From the NCBI GenBank assembly GCA_049968235.1, contig JBMFRC010000006.1, positions 96,001 to 160,000 of the forward strand: a stretch of 64,000 nucleotides of DNA. The letters run 5' to 3'. Source of the DNA: Candidatus Hydrogenedens sp. GTDB taxonomy: Bacteria; Hydrogenedentota; Hydrogenedentia; Hydrogenedentales; Hydrogenedentaceae. Shown piece after piece: positions 38,104 to 48,338 of this stretch; position 1 is the first letter of the stretch; the number at the start of each line of letters is the position of its first letter. The position numbers were made by a program, and so were the translations under genes. The notes beneath the pieces were generated by a model, which did no database searches, was not told where the DNA came from, and was given only the letters and a program-made list of their open reading frames with translations.

Positions 38104-39582
38104 TTGAAACTACTTGATTTGCTTGATTATGTGGAAAAAAATCCGAAAGATTATGAAAAACGTTGGAAATTAGCAAAGAAACTGTATCAAAACAAAGATT
38201 ATACATTAGCATTAGAACATTTGAAGGTGCTTATAAATGAATGGGAGTGCCATATCAATGTTTATCGGTTCTTATCTGCCACATTATATCGTCTCGGAAA
38301 ATATGAAGAATCTATAAATGAGTTAAAAAAAGCCATTAAAAAATGGGATAAAGAACCCGGACTATATGAACAATTAGGAAGAGTATTGATTTCATCCGGG
38401 AAAATTGAAGAGGCAAAAAAAGTTTATGAAAAACTTGCTGAAATTTGTCCTGAACATAAATGGGCACAAACGACGGTATCACGAATAGAAAGTTTTTTGA
38501 GTAAAAAACATGTTCGAAAGACACCCTTTCCGTTTACTTTTGGCTCTGATTTCGATTTACTCCCTGAATCTATCTGTAAGCGTTGTGGAGCAGAAAATCA
38601 GGGGTATATTGACCGTTGCTGGAAATGTGGAGAAATACTAACATCTGAAACAAATCCGTCCGATGTAACTACTACTGAAATCTGTTTAAACCCCGTTACT
38701 ATATTAACACCAGAAATCATAACGCTTCTTCTTGGATTGGTTACTATTTCATTTATATCTATAAATATTTTTATGTCTCTCAAGTTTTTTTTAGGAGATT
38801 ACAAATCCGTTCATGTTAGTTTGACCTTCTGGGATATTTATCGGTATGACCTTTTCCCTGCTCGCTTCCTTACCAGTATTATTCTACTTTTCATTTCACC
38901 TATTTTTATCAAGTTAGGGCTAAACATTACAGGTTTACGAGATAAAATTCCTTATAATCTAATCGTTTTAACAGGACTGGTTATTGCTTCTTTTATCAAT
39001 TTAGCATCATGGTTATCCAAACCTTTATTTTTATGGGGCTTTATACTGGTTCCAATCTTTTCTTTCCTTGTTATTTTCGGAACATTTGCCATATCTCTTA
39101 TAAAAACACTAAATCTTTGTTTATTTCAGATGTTTATGTTATTCCTATCAACTGTTATTATTTTTAGTGCTGTTGAATCTCATATCCTGAATACCTTCAT
39201 AAATCCTTTTACTCAAATTCCTACTGTTGCCCGCTTCTTCAAATACCAGTATATACAACCACCCCACACGATAGAATTAAATAGTCCGGATGGTTCCCCT
39301 ATAATCAAAAATATATCCTTTGATAAAACAGGTTCTTATTGGCTTGACATGAGAGCCAATAAAATGAAGATAAACCTATTTTTAGACAACCCCGACACAT
39401 TCATCCTTGAAGTTAATAAAGGTGAAACAAAACCTATTATCTACCAAAAAAGTAAAGATAATAAATGGTCTGCGATCTGCTTTGTAAATACAGATGAAAT
39501 CTTTACGATTAAAATCTCTACGGAAAATAAAACTCCATTTGTTGCCCGAATACAAAGTCTTTTTATTTTAAGTCCCCAGTAG
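38104..39582 (+). CDS. TPR-repeat / zinc-ribbon / polytopic membrane protein (hypothetical)
   Basis: The N-terminus has TPR-like helices. A Cx2C...Cx2C ribbon (CKRCGAENQGYIDRCWKCGE) follows, then about six TM helices and a C-terminal soluble domain. Confidence 0.5.
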   Translation: MKLLDLLDYVEKNPKDYEKRWKLAKKLYQNKDYTLALEHLKVLINEWECHINVYRFLSATLYRLGKYEESINELKKAIKKWDKEPGLYEQLGRVLISSGKIEEAKKVYEKLAEICPEHKWAQTTVSRIESFLSKKHVRKTPFPFTFGSDFDLLPESICKRCGAENQGYIDRCWKCGEILTSETNPSDVTTTEICLNPVTILTPEIITLLLGLVTISFISINIFMSLKFFLGDYKSVHVSLTFWDIYRYDLFPARFLTSIILLFISPIFIKLGLNITGLRDKIPYNLIVLTGLVIASFINLASWLSKPLFLWGFILVPIFSFLVIFGTFAISLIKTLNLCLFQMFMLFLSTVIIFSAVESHILNTFINPFTQIPTVARFFKYQYIQPPHTIELNSPDGSPIIKNISFDKTGSYWLDMRANKMKINLFLDNPDTFILEVNKGETKPIIYQKSKDNKWSAICFVNTDEIFTIKISTENKTPFVARIQSLFILSPQ

Positions 39583-41197
39583 AGAGCAAAAATTCTCGTG
39601 CAATTTTATTGTCTGGGAAGCGATACAGACATTCGCGATACCATTTTATACTCTCTTCTTTTTCATCTAATTCTTCTGCACATCTACCTAATAATAAATA
39701 AATATTTCCATCATCTATTTTTGTAAGGGCTTCTTTCAAAACTTTGTAAGCGTTATAGTAATCTTTTTTTCTTATCAATTCTTGAGCATAACCTTCATAC
39801 ATAGCATAAGTTGCAAATTTATAACTTACAAGATTTCGATATTTTTCTTCACAATCCTGCCCTAATATTAGTAGTTTTTCTGCTTGCCGAAGTTTATAGT
39901 CGGGAACCCATAATTTATAAGTAAGAAATACAATAGATATAAGTCCGAAAACAGAAAGAATAAATCTTGTTTTCGTGTTAGCATTCAATAACTTATTAAT
40001 TTGTATATTTTCCCTTTTGAACATTCTTTGTTTCTCATTACACAATGACAACAACGCTACGACCAGATGAGAGGAACTAATTAAAATCGGGTTTAAAAGA
40101 GAAACTAATATGAATACCAACCATACATAAGGATTTCTATAAATAAAAATAGGAGAAAGATAAAATAAACTTACAAATATAAGTCCGGATACTCCTGTTT
40201 CCGATAACAACTCAAGTATGTCATTATGGGCATGTAAAGTCAATAGTTCATTCCGAATATGCATACTTCCATAACTTGAATGTAAGGCATCAGCCAGATA
40301 TTTCGGACTCCAATAATAAAAATTTCCCCAACCCACACCTAAAAACGGATTAGATAAAAACATTCGAATAGAACCATCGTATATCCACAAACGCACACGA
40401 AATCCCACATCCATATCAGAAAAACTATACCTTAAACGCTCATATATAAATGGTAATGCAAGTAACATTCCCAATAACATAGATACCAAAATGTATGTGT
40501 TTTTTTTATTAAACCCTCTATTTTCTTTATATATATTTGTGAAATAAAAAGTCATTATTATTAAGATAGAAAACCATGAACTCCGTGAATTGCTTAAAAT
40601 TAGTCCGCATCCCAAAACAAAAAAACTAAGAAACTTAAACATGTCTCTCATTGGAAACTTATCCCAGCGAACCAGAATACCTACCATCACCATAGCGATA
40701 TATGTTCCAGCAAGATTTTGATTTCCGAAAACAGAATACAACTGTTTGTAAAATGAATAATTTGGAAATAAAACAGGTAACAAATCGAGATATTGCACAA
40801 TTAATGAAATAGCGACAAATACCCCAGATAATAAAATCCCATACTCTATATATGTTTCATATTTTCCATCCCTATTTAAATCGGATATTAAAACAAGTGT
40901 AATAAAAACTAAAAACAACTCCATAGAACGGAGTAATGTTTGTTCTGGAACTTTCGCATAAAAAAAAGTTAAAAATAAATATAAATTTAGGATAAAAAAG
41001 AAAATGAGAGGTATAGGTGTAAATAATCTTTCTCTATTTTTCAGGAAGTAAGGTAACAATAATATTAAAAAGATACTTAACATAATCTCTTTTGGATAAA
41101 GAAATGATGTAAATTCAAAAGAAAATACAATCGGAGGAATAAGTAAAGTGAAAAGTAGAATAATTCCAACTACTTTTTCCTTCCCCACTAAATTCAT
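39563..41197 (-). CDS. O-antigen ligase/polymerase-like (Wzy_C family) membrane protein with C-terminal TPR
   Basis: Ten or more TM helices with a large periplasmic loop, and a C-terminal TPR-like region. It overlaps the convergent upstream gene by 20 nt. Confidence 0.55.
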   Translation of the reverse strand: MNLVGKEKVVGIILLFTLLIPPIVFSFEFTSFLYPKEIMLSIFLILLLPYFLKNRERLFTPIPLIFFFILNLYLFLTFFYAKVPEQTLLRSMELFLVFITLVLISDLNRDGKYETYIEYGILLSGVFVAISLIVQYLDLLPVLFPNYSFYKQLYSVFGNQNLAGTYIAMVMVGILVRWDKFPMRDMFKFLSFFVLGCGLILSNSRSSWFSILIIMTFYFTNIYKENRGFNKKNTYILVSMLLGMLLALPFIYERLRYSFSDMDVGFRVRLWIYDGSIRMFLSNPFLGVGWGNFYYWSPKYLADALHSSYGSMHIRNELLTLHAHNDILELLSETGVSGLIFVSLFYLSPIFIYRNPYVWLVFILVSLLNPILISSSHLVVALLSLCNEKQRMFKRENIQINKLLNANTKTRFILSVFGLISIVFLTYKLWVPDYKLRQAEKLLILGQDCEEKYRNLVSYKFATYAMYEGYAQELIRKKDYYNAYKVLKEALTKIDDGNIYLLLGRCAEELDEKEESIKWYRECLYRFPDNKIAREFLLSTGDLK

Positions 41198-41215
41198 AGA
41201 TATACCCTGTAATTA

Positions 41216-42109
41216 TTATATTCTTATTTTACTTATATGCTTCTTTAACAAACTAAGAAAAGTTTTTTCAGTTTTTGACATGTATAAAAATCGTGGATAA
41301 ATACACACATAAGGAATGGTAGGTGCTTTTTTGATTCTTATTATTTCTACTTTTTCTTGCCAGTCTACAGCCACCATTCTTGGAACAAAAGATATACCAA
41401 ATCCTTCTGCAACATACTTCATAATTACATGAAAAGACCCACCATCAATAACACATTTCGGTTCTATTTTAAGCGTATTTAAGTATTTATTAATTATTCG
41501 TCCCGTCCTTGTTTTTACATCTATCATAACGATAGATTCATTATGCAATTCATAAATTATATTGTTCGTATTTTTTTTTATAAAAGGATGCTTTCTAGAG
41601 GTTACAAGGTAAATGGGGTCCTCACATATCTTTACTTCTTTTAAGTTATTATGTCCTACAGGTTGTGTAACAACACCAATATTAATTTCACCCTTGTATA
41701 CCATATTTTCTATTTCATCTGAAGAACGGGTTATGACTGATAACTGGATATGGGGATACTTTTGTAAAAATTCTCGAATTACTTTTGGCAATAGATGAAA
41801 TGCAAAAGTATCACTTGTCCCTATTTTTAATTCTGAAGAAAATCCCTGTGTTGCTTCCTGAAAAAGCATGTTAAATTTTTTCTGCATTAATGTAAATTCT
41901 TTTGCCAACTCATAAAAATTTTTTCCTAATGGAGTCAGGCATTTCCTTCTTCGGTCAAATAGTTCTCCTCCTAGGTTTTCTTCAATACTTTTTATTCGCT
42001 GACTTAAGGCAGGTTGTGTCCTCCCTGTTTTTTCTGCAGCTTTCCCAAATGACCCGGTTTCTACCAACGCACAGAAACATTGTAATGCATCGTAAGAAAA
42101 AATATCCAT
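41216..42109 (-). CDS. LysR-family transcriptional regulator
   Basis: An N-terminal wHTH (FGKAAEKTGRTQPALSQRIKSIEENLG) and a LysR substrate-binding domain are present. The gene is divergent from purM. Confidence 0.85.
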   Translation of the reverse strand: MDIFSYDALQCFCALVETGSFGKAAEKTGRTQPALSQRIKSIEENLGGELFDRRRKCLTPLGKNFYELAKEFTLMQKKFNMLFQEATQGFSSELKIGTSDTFAFHLLPKVIREFLQKYPHIQLSVITRSSDEIENMVYKGEINIGVVTQPVGHNNLKEVKICEDPIYLVTSRKHPFIKKNTNNIIYELHNESIVMIDVKTRTGRIINKYLNTLKIEPKCVIDGGSFHVIMKYVAEGFGISFVPRMVAVDWQEKVEIIRIKKAPTIPYVCIYPRFLYMSKTEKTFLSLLKKHISKIRI

Positions 42110-42269
42110 AAGTTTTACTTATAGTTTTTATAATTAAAATTCATTAGAATTATACCTTAATATATGCTATTATATCTCCAATATTCTGAACAAGTTTGTA
42201 TTCAATGTGAAAGTATTATACAAAAGATTGCCTTAAAATTATTACTTATGATAGTAAAGGAAACTTCTA

Positions 42270-43337
42270 ATGGATGAACAGTCAAAATTAAGTTATAAAG
42301 ATGCTGGTGTTAATATTGATGTAGCCAATGAAGCCGTTAATGAAATAAAAGAATTGGTAAAGAGGACTTTTAATGACCAGGTTTTATCTAACATTGGTTT
42401 GTTTGGCGGTTTATTTCAACCTGACTTGAATGGGATAGAAGAACCCGTTCTGGTGTCAAGTATTGACGGTGTTGGAACCAAAATAAAACTTGCCATTATG
42501 GCAAATAAACACGATACCGTTGGTATAGACCTTGTTTCACACTGTGTAAATGATATACTGGTTCAGGGAGCCAAACCACTTTTCTTTTTAGATTATATTG
42601 CTATGGGAAAACTAAATCCTACCACAATTGTTGAAGTGGTAAAAGGATTAACATGGGGGTGTGGTCAGGCAGGATGTGCTTTGATTGGTGGAGAAACAGC
42701 AGAAATGCCTGATGTGTATAAACAGGATGAATATGATTTAGTCGGGACGATTGTAGGTATTGTAGACCGTAAAAAAATTATTGATGGGAGCAACATTCAG
42801 GCAGGGGATATTATTCTTGGTTTGGCATCATCTGGACTTCATACCAATGGATATACACTTGCAAGAAAAATATGCTTCGATATTGCCAAACTAAAATTAG
42901 AAGATACTTTTCCCGGGACAAATCAATCTGTATACGACACATTAATGGCTCCTCATATTTGTTATTCTAAAATTATGCAAATTGTTATAAAACTCGCTGA
43001 TGTGCGAGGTATGGCTCACATAACCGGCGGAGGAATTACCGAAAATCTACCGAGAATCCTTCCCGAAGGTATTGGAGCGGAAATAGACCTCTCTTCATGG
43101 CAGGTCCCCCATTTATTTTATTTCTTAAAAGAAACAGGCAATGTTGATGACATGGAGATGCTTCGAGTTTTTAATATGGGTATCGGCTTACTATTTATAA
43201 TTCCGGAAGACCATTTACCAAAAGTATTAAAGGCGTTTGAGCAAGCCGGTGTTTCTTCATACATTGTAGGTAAAACGATTCCAGGAGAAAGAAAAGTATA
43301 CTATAAAGGTAATTTGAAATATGGTAAACCGAATTGA
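42270..43337 (+). CDS. purM: Phosphoribosylformylglycinamidine cyclo-ligase (AIR synthase)
   Basis: The protein contains YKDAGVNID...GIGGFG-like motifs and PurM N/C domains. Confidence 0.9.
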   Translation: MDEQSKLSYKDAGVNIDVANEAVNEIKELVKRTFNDQVLSNIGLFGGLFQPDLNGIEEPVLVSSIDGVGTKIKLAIMANKHDTVGIDLVSHCVNDILVQGAKPLFFLDYIAMGKLNPTTIVEVVKGLTWGCGQAGCALIGGETAEMPDVYKQDEYDLVGTIVGIVDRKKIIDGSNIQAGDIILGLASSGLHTNGYTLARKICFDIAKLKLEDTFPGTNQSVYDTLMAPHICYSKIMQIVIKLADVRGMAHITGGGITENLPRILPEGIGAEIDLSSWQVPHLFYFLKETGNVDDMEMLRVFNMGIGLLFIIPEDHLPKVLKAFEQAGVSSYIVGKTIPGERKVYYKGNLKYGKPN

Positions 43338-46287
43338 AGTAACAATCCGTCCTGAATTAGAAGACCCTATAGGGAAAAGTTTGTGTTCGCAAATTAAAGA
43401 TGACCTATCTATTAACTGCAAATCAGTTCGAGTTGTAGATGTTTATACTATTTTAGCAGAATTAAATCCAGATGAACTTGAAAAAATAGCAGAAGAACTT
43501 TTTTCAGATTCTGTTATTCAAATTGCTTCAATAAACCAGCATATACAATTTCCTCCAGAATACCAATATGTTGTCGAAGTGGGATTTCGTCCCGGAGTAA
43601 CAGATAATGTTGGTAAGAGTGCACGGGAAGGCATACAGGACACACTATCAAGAAATCTCAAGCATAACGAATTTGTATTCAAATCCACAATGTATTGGTT
43701 CGCAGGTCTATCAAAGGAAAACTGTTCGCATATTGCTCAACAACTTCTCGCCAATGAACTGATACAACACTGGACACTTTTGTCTCTCGATGATTTACAT
43801 TGCAAAAAAGATATTTCTTTATTACCTATTCCATTAGTAAGTGAAATGACCGAATCTATAGTTGAAACCATACCTCTAAATCTCTCTGATTCGGAATTAT
43901 TAGAGTTAAGTCAAAAAAGACTATTAGCACTCGATTTACACGAAATGAGAGCCATAAAAGCGTACTACGAAAATTCTACTACAAAAAAACATCGTAAAGA
44001 ATTAAATCTCCCTGAATATCCAACAGATATTGAACTCGAAATCTTAGCACAAACATGGTCAGAACATTGTAAGCATAAGATTTTCAACGCAGAAATTAAC
44101 TATGAAGATGATAATGGAAATTCAACAATAATCAACAGTTTATTTAAAACTTTTATCAAATCTACAACGGAAAAACTAAAATCTGAGATTCAATGGTTAG
44201 TTAGCGTTTTTCACGACAATGCAGGATTAATAGAATTTGACGATGAACACCTTATATCAATGAAGGTTGAAACTCATAACAGTCCTTCTGCATTAGACCC
44301 CTATGGTGGTGCTATTACAGGAATTGTGGGGGTAAATCGGGATATATTAGGTGCCGGTTTAGGATGTCGTTGTATCTTTAACACAGATGTTTTTTGCTTT
44401 GCCTCACCTTTCTATGAAGATAAAATTCCTGAACGATTACTCCATCCGAGACGCGTATTAAGAGGCGTTCATGCTGGGGTTCGTGATGGTGGAAATCAAA
44501 GCGGTATTCCTACGGTTAACGGTGCCATTGTTTTCCATGAACGATTTTTAGGAAAACCTCTGGTGTTCTGTGGAACAGGCGGTATTATTCCCAAAAAAAT
44601 AAATAATAAATTGTCCCATGAGAAACAAACATATAAAGGGGACCTAATTGTAATGATAGGAGGACGAATTGGTAAAGATGGCATTCATGGAGCAACATTT
44701 TCCTCCGAAGAACTACATGAAGGTTCTCCCGTAACTGCTGTTCAGATAGGTGACCCAATTACACAGAAAAAGTTATCGGATTTTCTTTTTGAAGCAAGAG
44801 ACCGTGGATTATATAACTCAATAACAGATAACGGTGCTGGAGGCTTATCTTCAAGTGTTGGTGAAATGGCAAGAGGTTCGGGAGGTGCAAAAATTTATTT
44901 AGACCGTGCTCCTCTTAAATACGCCGGATTAGCACCCTGGGAAATTTTCTTATCGGAATCTCAAGAACGAATGACTGTTGCAGTACCCCCACAACACATT
45001 GATGAATTTATGAAACTTGCTCAAAAAAGAGATGTTGAATCTACTGTATTAGGAGAATTTACCGATTCTGGTTTTTTGGAATGTTATTTTAGTGGCAAAC
45101 TAATTGCATCTTTGTCTATGGATTTCTTACATAATGGCGTTCCTACAATGAATTTACGAGCAAAAATAAAAGGTTCGGAACCAAAGCCTTTTTATATCCA
45201 ACATAAAAACGATATTACAGATGACCTGATACGGGTATTGGGCAGTCTGAATGTTTGTAGTAAAGAGACTTTTGTAAGAATGTATGACCACGAAGTTCAA
45301 TCTCAAACAGTAATTAAACCGTTTCAAGGGATTAACCAGGATGGTCCCGGTGATGCAACAGTAATTCGTCCTGTTTACAATTCCAACCGCGGTCTGGCTA
45401 TTAGTTGCGGTATTTGTCCAAAATATAGTGATTTAAACTGTTACCAGATGTCCGCAAATGCTGTGGATGAGGGCATAAGGAACTTAGTGGCAGTAGGGGT
45501 AAAATTGGGTGATATTGCAGGATTGGATAATTTCTGCTGGCCTGATCCGGTAGAAAGTGACAAAACGCCTGATGGTGCTCATAAATTAGCCCAATTGGTT
45601 TTAGCCTGTCAGGGGTTGCATGATACCTGCCTTGCTTATAAAGTCCCTCTTATAAGCGGGAAAGATAGTATGAAAAATGATTACAAAATAGGAGACATTA
45701 AAATATCTATTCCCCCCACATTGCTCTTCACTGCGATTGGATTCGTAGAAGATATTCAAAATACCATGACGATGGATGTAAAAAATCCCGCTGATAAAAT
45801 TTATCTCATTGGCAAAACTGTTGAAGCATTAGGCGGAAGTGAATGGGCAGAAATACATAAATTTGAAGGGGGAAGTGTTCCGACAGTAAATACAGATAAA
45901 GCGATACACCAATACAATCGGATATATGAAACCATTAAAAATAAATGGATTTCCTCCTGTCATGACTGTTCGGATGGTGGACTTGCAGTTGCATTGGCAG
46001 AAAGTGCTTTTGCAGGTGGACTTGGGATGAAGATAGATATTAATACAATGGGTGTCCATAATGATATTATCGCACTGTTCAGCGAGACACCCTGCCGACA
46101 TATTGTAACTGTTCCTCCTCAGTATGAAAATGATTTTCTATTATTAATGAAGGACCTAGATGTCTTCTATTTGGGCGAAGTAATAGAACAACCTCAATTC
46201 TTAGTTTACGGCACTACAAATAACCTCATTATTAATACTTCCATTTATGAACTTAAAGAAGCATGGCAGAAAACTTTACGGATATAA
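43321..46287 (+). CDS. purL: Fused PurS-PurL: phosphoribosylformylglycinamidine synthase subunit PurS + synthase II PurL
   Basis: The N-terminal 80 aa or so are PurS-like (MVNRIEVTIRPELEDPIGKS...). They are followed by PurL AIRS/AIRS_C duplicated domains, giving 988 aa in total. Confidence 0.85.
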   Translation: MVNRIEVTIRPELEDPIGKSLCSQIKDDLSINCKSVRVVDVYTILAELNPDELEKIAEELFSDSVIQIASINQHIQFPPEYQYVVEVGFRPGVTDNVGKSAREGIQDTLSRNLKHNEFVFKSTMYWFAGLSKENCSHIAQQLLANELIQHWTLLSLDDLHCKKDISLLPIPLVSEMTESIVETIPLNLSDSELLELSQKRLLALDLHEMRAIKAYYENSTTKKHRKELNLPEYPTDIELEILAQTWSEHCKHKIFNAEINYEDDNGNSTIINSLFKTFIKSTTEKLKSEIQWLVSVFHDNAGLIEFDDEHLISMKVETHNSPSALDPYGGAITGIVGVNRDILGAGLGCRCIFNTDVFCFASPFYEDKIPERLLHPRRVLRGVHAGVRDGGNQSGIPTVNGAIVFHERFLGKPLVFCGTGGIIPKKINNKLSHEKQTYKGDLIVMIGGRIGKDGIHGATFSSEELHEGSPVTAVQIGDPITQKKLSDFLFEARDRGLYNSITDNGAGGLSSSVGEMARGSGGAKIYLDRAPLKYAGLAPWEIFLSESQERMTVAVPPQHIDEFMKLAQKRDVESTVLGEFTDSGFLECYFSGKLIASLSMDFLHNGVPTMNLRAKIKGSEPKPFYIQHKNDITDDLIRVLGSLNVCSKETFVRMYDHEVQSQTVIKPFQGINQDGPGDATVIRPVYNSNRGLAISCGICPKYSDLNCYQMSANAVDEGIRNLVAVGVKLGDIAGLDNFCWPDPVESDKTPDGAHKLAQLVLACQGLHDTCLAYKVPLISGKDSMKNDYKIGDIKISIPPTLLFTAIGFVEDIQNTMTMDVKNPADKIYLIGKTVEALGGSEWAEIHKFEGGSVPTVNTDKAIHQYNRIYETIKNKWISSCHDCSDGGLAVALAESAFAGGLGMKIDINTMGVHNDIIALFSETPCRHIVTVPPQYENDFLLLMKDLDVFYLGEVIEQPQFLVYGTTNNLIINTSIYELKEAWQKTLRI

Positions 46288-46296
46288 GGAAAGTCT

Positions 46297-47082
46297 ATGA
46301 TTCAAGTTCTTGTTCTAACAGGTTTCGGAATAAATTGTGAACGGGAAACAGCACATACCTTCCAACAAGCAGGGGCAGAACCTTTACTCATTCATCTCAA
46401 CGATTTAATAGAAAAACCAGATTATCTTGATATATCCAAAATTCTTGCTATTCCCGGAGGGTTCTCTTTTGGCGATGACATAGCATCAGGCAGAATCTTA
46501 GCGAATAGAATTCGTTATCGTTTAGAGAAACCTCTCCAAAAATTTATCAATGATGGAAAACTTATCATTGGTATATGCAACGGCTTTCAAGTTATGGTAA
46601 AAATGGGTATTCTACCGCTGTTTCAAAAAGAATTTAAACAATTAGTAACATTAACCCATAACAACTCCGGGCGTTTTGAAGATAGGTGGGTTTGTTTAAA
46701 TGTAAACAAAAACTCACCATGTATATGGACACAAGGTATAGAAAACATAGAACTACCTGTTCGACATGGGGAAGGTAAATTTATTGCAAAAGACGACATT
46801 GTCTTAAAACAACTTAAAGAAAACAATCAAATCGTGATACAATATGCAAAAAAAGATAAGTCATTGGCAAAAGGAGAATATCCCGCTAATCCCAATGGTT
46901 CAATAGAGGATATTGCTGGTATTTGCGACCCATCTGGTAGAATTTTGGGTTTAATGCCACATCCAGAAGCCTTTTGGGATGCCAAATTACATCCTTTATG
47001 GAATCGTCTTCAACTTAAAGGTCCTGGAGATGGATTAAAAATATTTGAGAATGGAGTTTCCTTTGCCAATTCTCATCTATAA
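46297..47082 (+). CDS. purQ: Phosphoribosylformylglycinamidine synthase I (glutamine amidotransferase PurQ)
   Basis: The class-I GATase motifs GICNGFQ and MPHPE are present. Confidence 0.9.
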   Translation: MIQVLVLTGFGINCERETAHTFQQAGAEPLLIHLNDLIEKPDYLDISKILAIPGGFSFGDDIASGRILANRIRYRLEKPLQKFINDGKLIIGICNGFQVMVKMGILPLFQKEFKQLVTLTHNNSGRFEDRWVCLNVNKNSPCIWTQGIENIELPVRHGEGKFIAKDDIVLKQLKENNQIVIQYAKKDKSLAKGEYPANPNGSIEDIAGICDPSGRILGLMPHPEAFWDAKLHPLWNRLQLKGPGDGLKIFENGVSFANSHL

Positions 47083-47111
47083 CATAGTAACACTAACTTG
47101 ATTTGTAATAT

Positions 47112-48290
47112 ATGCCTAAGAGAAAAACTGACTTTGCCATAAATGATTACAACCTAATACAAACAAGAAAAGACTGGGAAAAAACTCTCAAGGTTATTTC
47201 GATTGAGTCTAAAATGGCTATTGACCTTGAGGCAAACTCTTTGTACGAATATCCCGGTGAAATCTGTCTTATTCAAATTTCTATACGTGGTTATGATTTT
47301 CTGTTAGACCCATTAGCCCATTTTTCATTCCCTGAATTAGGGGAATTGTTAGCCGACAAAAATATTTTAAAAATATTCCATGCATCCGAATATGATTTAC
47401 GACTGTTCTGGAAACAATATAAATGGCAAATTGTAAATCTTTTCGACACAATGTGGGCAGGAAAACTTTTAGGTTGTAAACAACTTGGGCTTGTTTACCT
47501 GCTAAAAACATTCTTAAATGTTCAACATGATAAAAAATTTCAAAAATCAAATTGGAAACATCGTCCTCTTTCCAATCAACAACTAAGTTATGCTTACCGT
47601 GACTCTCACTACCTAATCCCCTTAGCTGAAATTTTGCAAAAGAAACTTGAAGAGAAAGACTTGTGGGATGAGGCACAAGAAATTTTCAATGATTTTGCAA
47701 AGGGAATAGTCATAGAAGAGGAAGAACAAAAATCCATTCAATTCTATAAAACATTTAGAAGTAAACATCTGCCTGAAAAAAACTTAAAAGTCTTACAGGA
47801 ACTTTTCTTTTTCCGCGAAGAATTAGGTCAATCCTTGCATATCCTCCCTAATAAGTTAATTTCCAACAAATGTCTCTTAAACATTTCTAAAAGAATTCCT
47901 GAAACCCTTGATGAACTAAATAATTTAATAACAGGTATATATTCGATATCCAATAAGATAAAAAAAGAAGAACTACTCGAGATTATATTGAAAACGAAAA
48001 ACTTAAATGAACCCCTATATGCACCTCCAATAGCCGACAATCCTAAAATAAAAAGCCGTACCTCTCTTCTTTTACAATGGCGCAAACAAAAATCTATCAT
48101 GCGAAATATTGATTCGGATGCTATACTCCCTAAAAACAAACTCTTTTTATTAGCATTATACGGACCTAAGACCATATCTGAACTGGAAAAGTTAGAAATT
48201 CTGGGACCTGTACGTTTAAAAATGTATGGAGATGAAATAATCAATATTTTTAAGAAATCCGATGAGTTTTCTGAACAAGAACAATTATAA
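47112..48290 (+). CDS. rnd: Ribonuclease D (DEDDy 3'-5' exonuclease + HRDC)
   Basis: Exo motifs (AIDLEAN, YAYRDSHYL) are present. The C-terminal part is HRDC-like. Confidence 0.8.
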   Translation: MPKRKTDFAINDYNLIQTRKDWEKTLKVISIESKMAIDLEANSLYEYPGEICLIQISIRGYDFLLDPLAHFSFPELGELLADKNILKIFHASEYDLRLFWKQYKWQIVNLFDTMWAGKLLGCKQLGLVYLLKTFLNVQHDKKFQKSNWKHRPLSNQQLSYAYRDSHYLIPLAEILQKKLEEKDLWDEAQEIFNDFAKGIVIEEEEQKSIQFYKTFRSKHLPEKNLKVLQELFFFREELGQSLHILPNKLISNKCLLNISKRIPETLDELNNLITGIYSISNKIKKEELLEIILKTKNLNEPLYAPPIADNPKIKSRTSLLLQWRKQKSIMRNIDSDAILPKNKLFLLALYGPKTISELEKLEILGPVRLKMYGDEIINIFKKSDEFSEQEQL

Positions 48291-48338
48291 TACAATGTTA
48301 TAAACAACACATGTCTTCTTTATAGAAGGAATATAATT

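Noticed and set aside
42110-42269. Purine riboswitch upstream of purM
   Set aside because: The 160-nt leader lacks the conserved purine-aptamer junction motifs (UAUA...CCGUAAAUA-like core), read by eye. Control through the divergent LysR-type regulator is more likely. An Rfam search would settle it.
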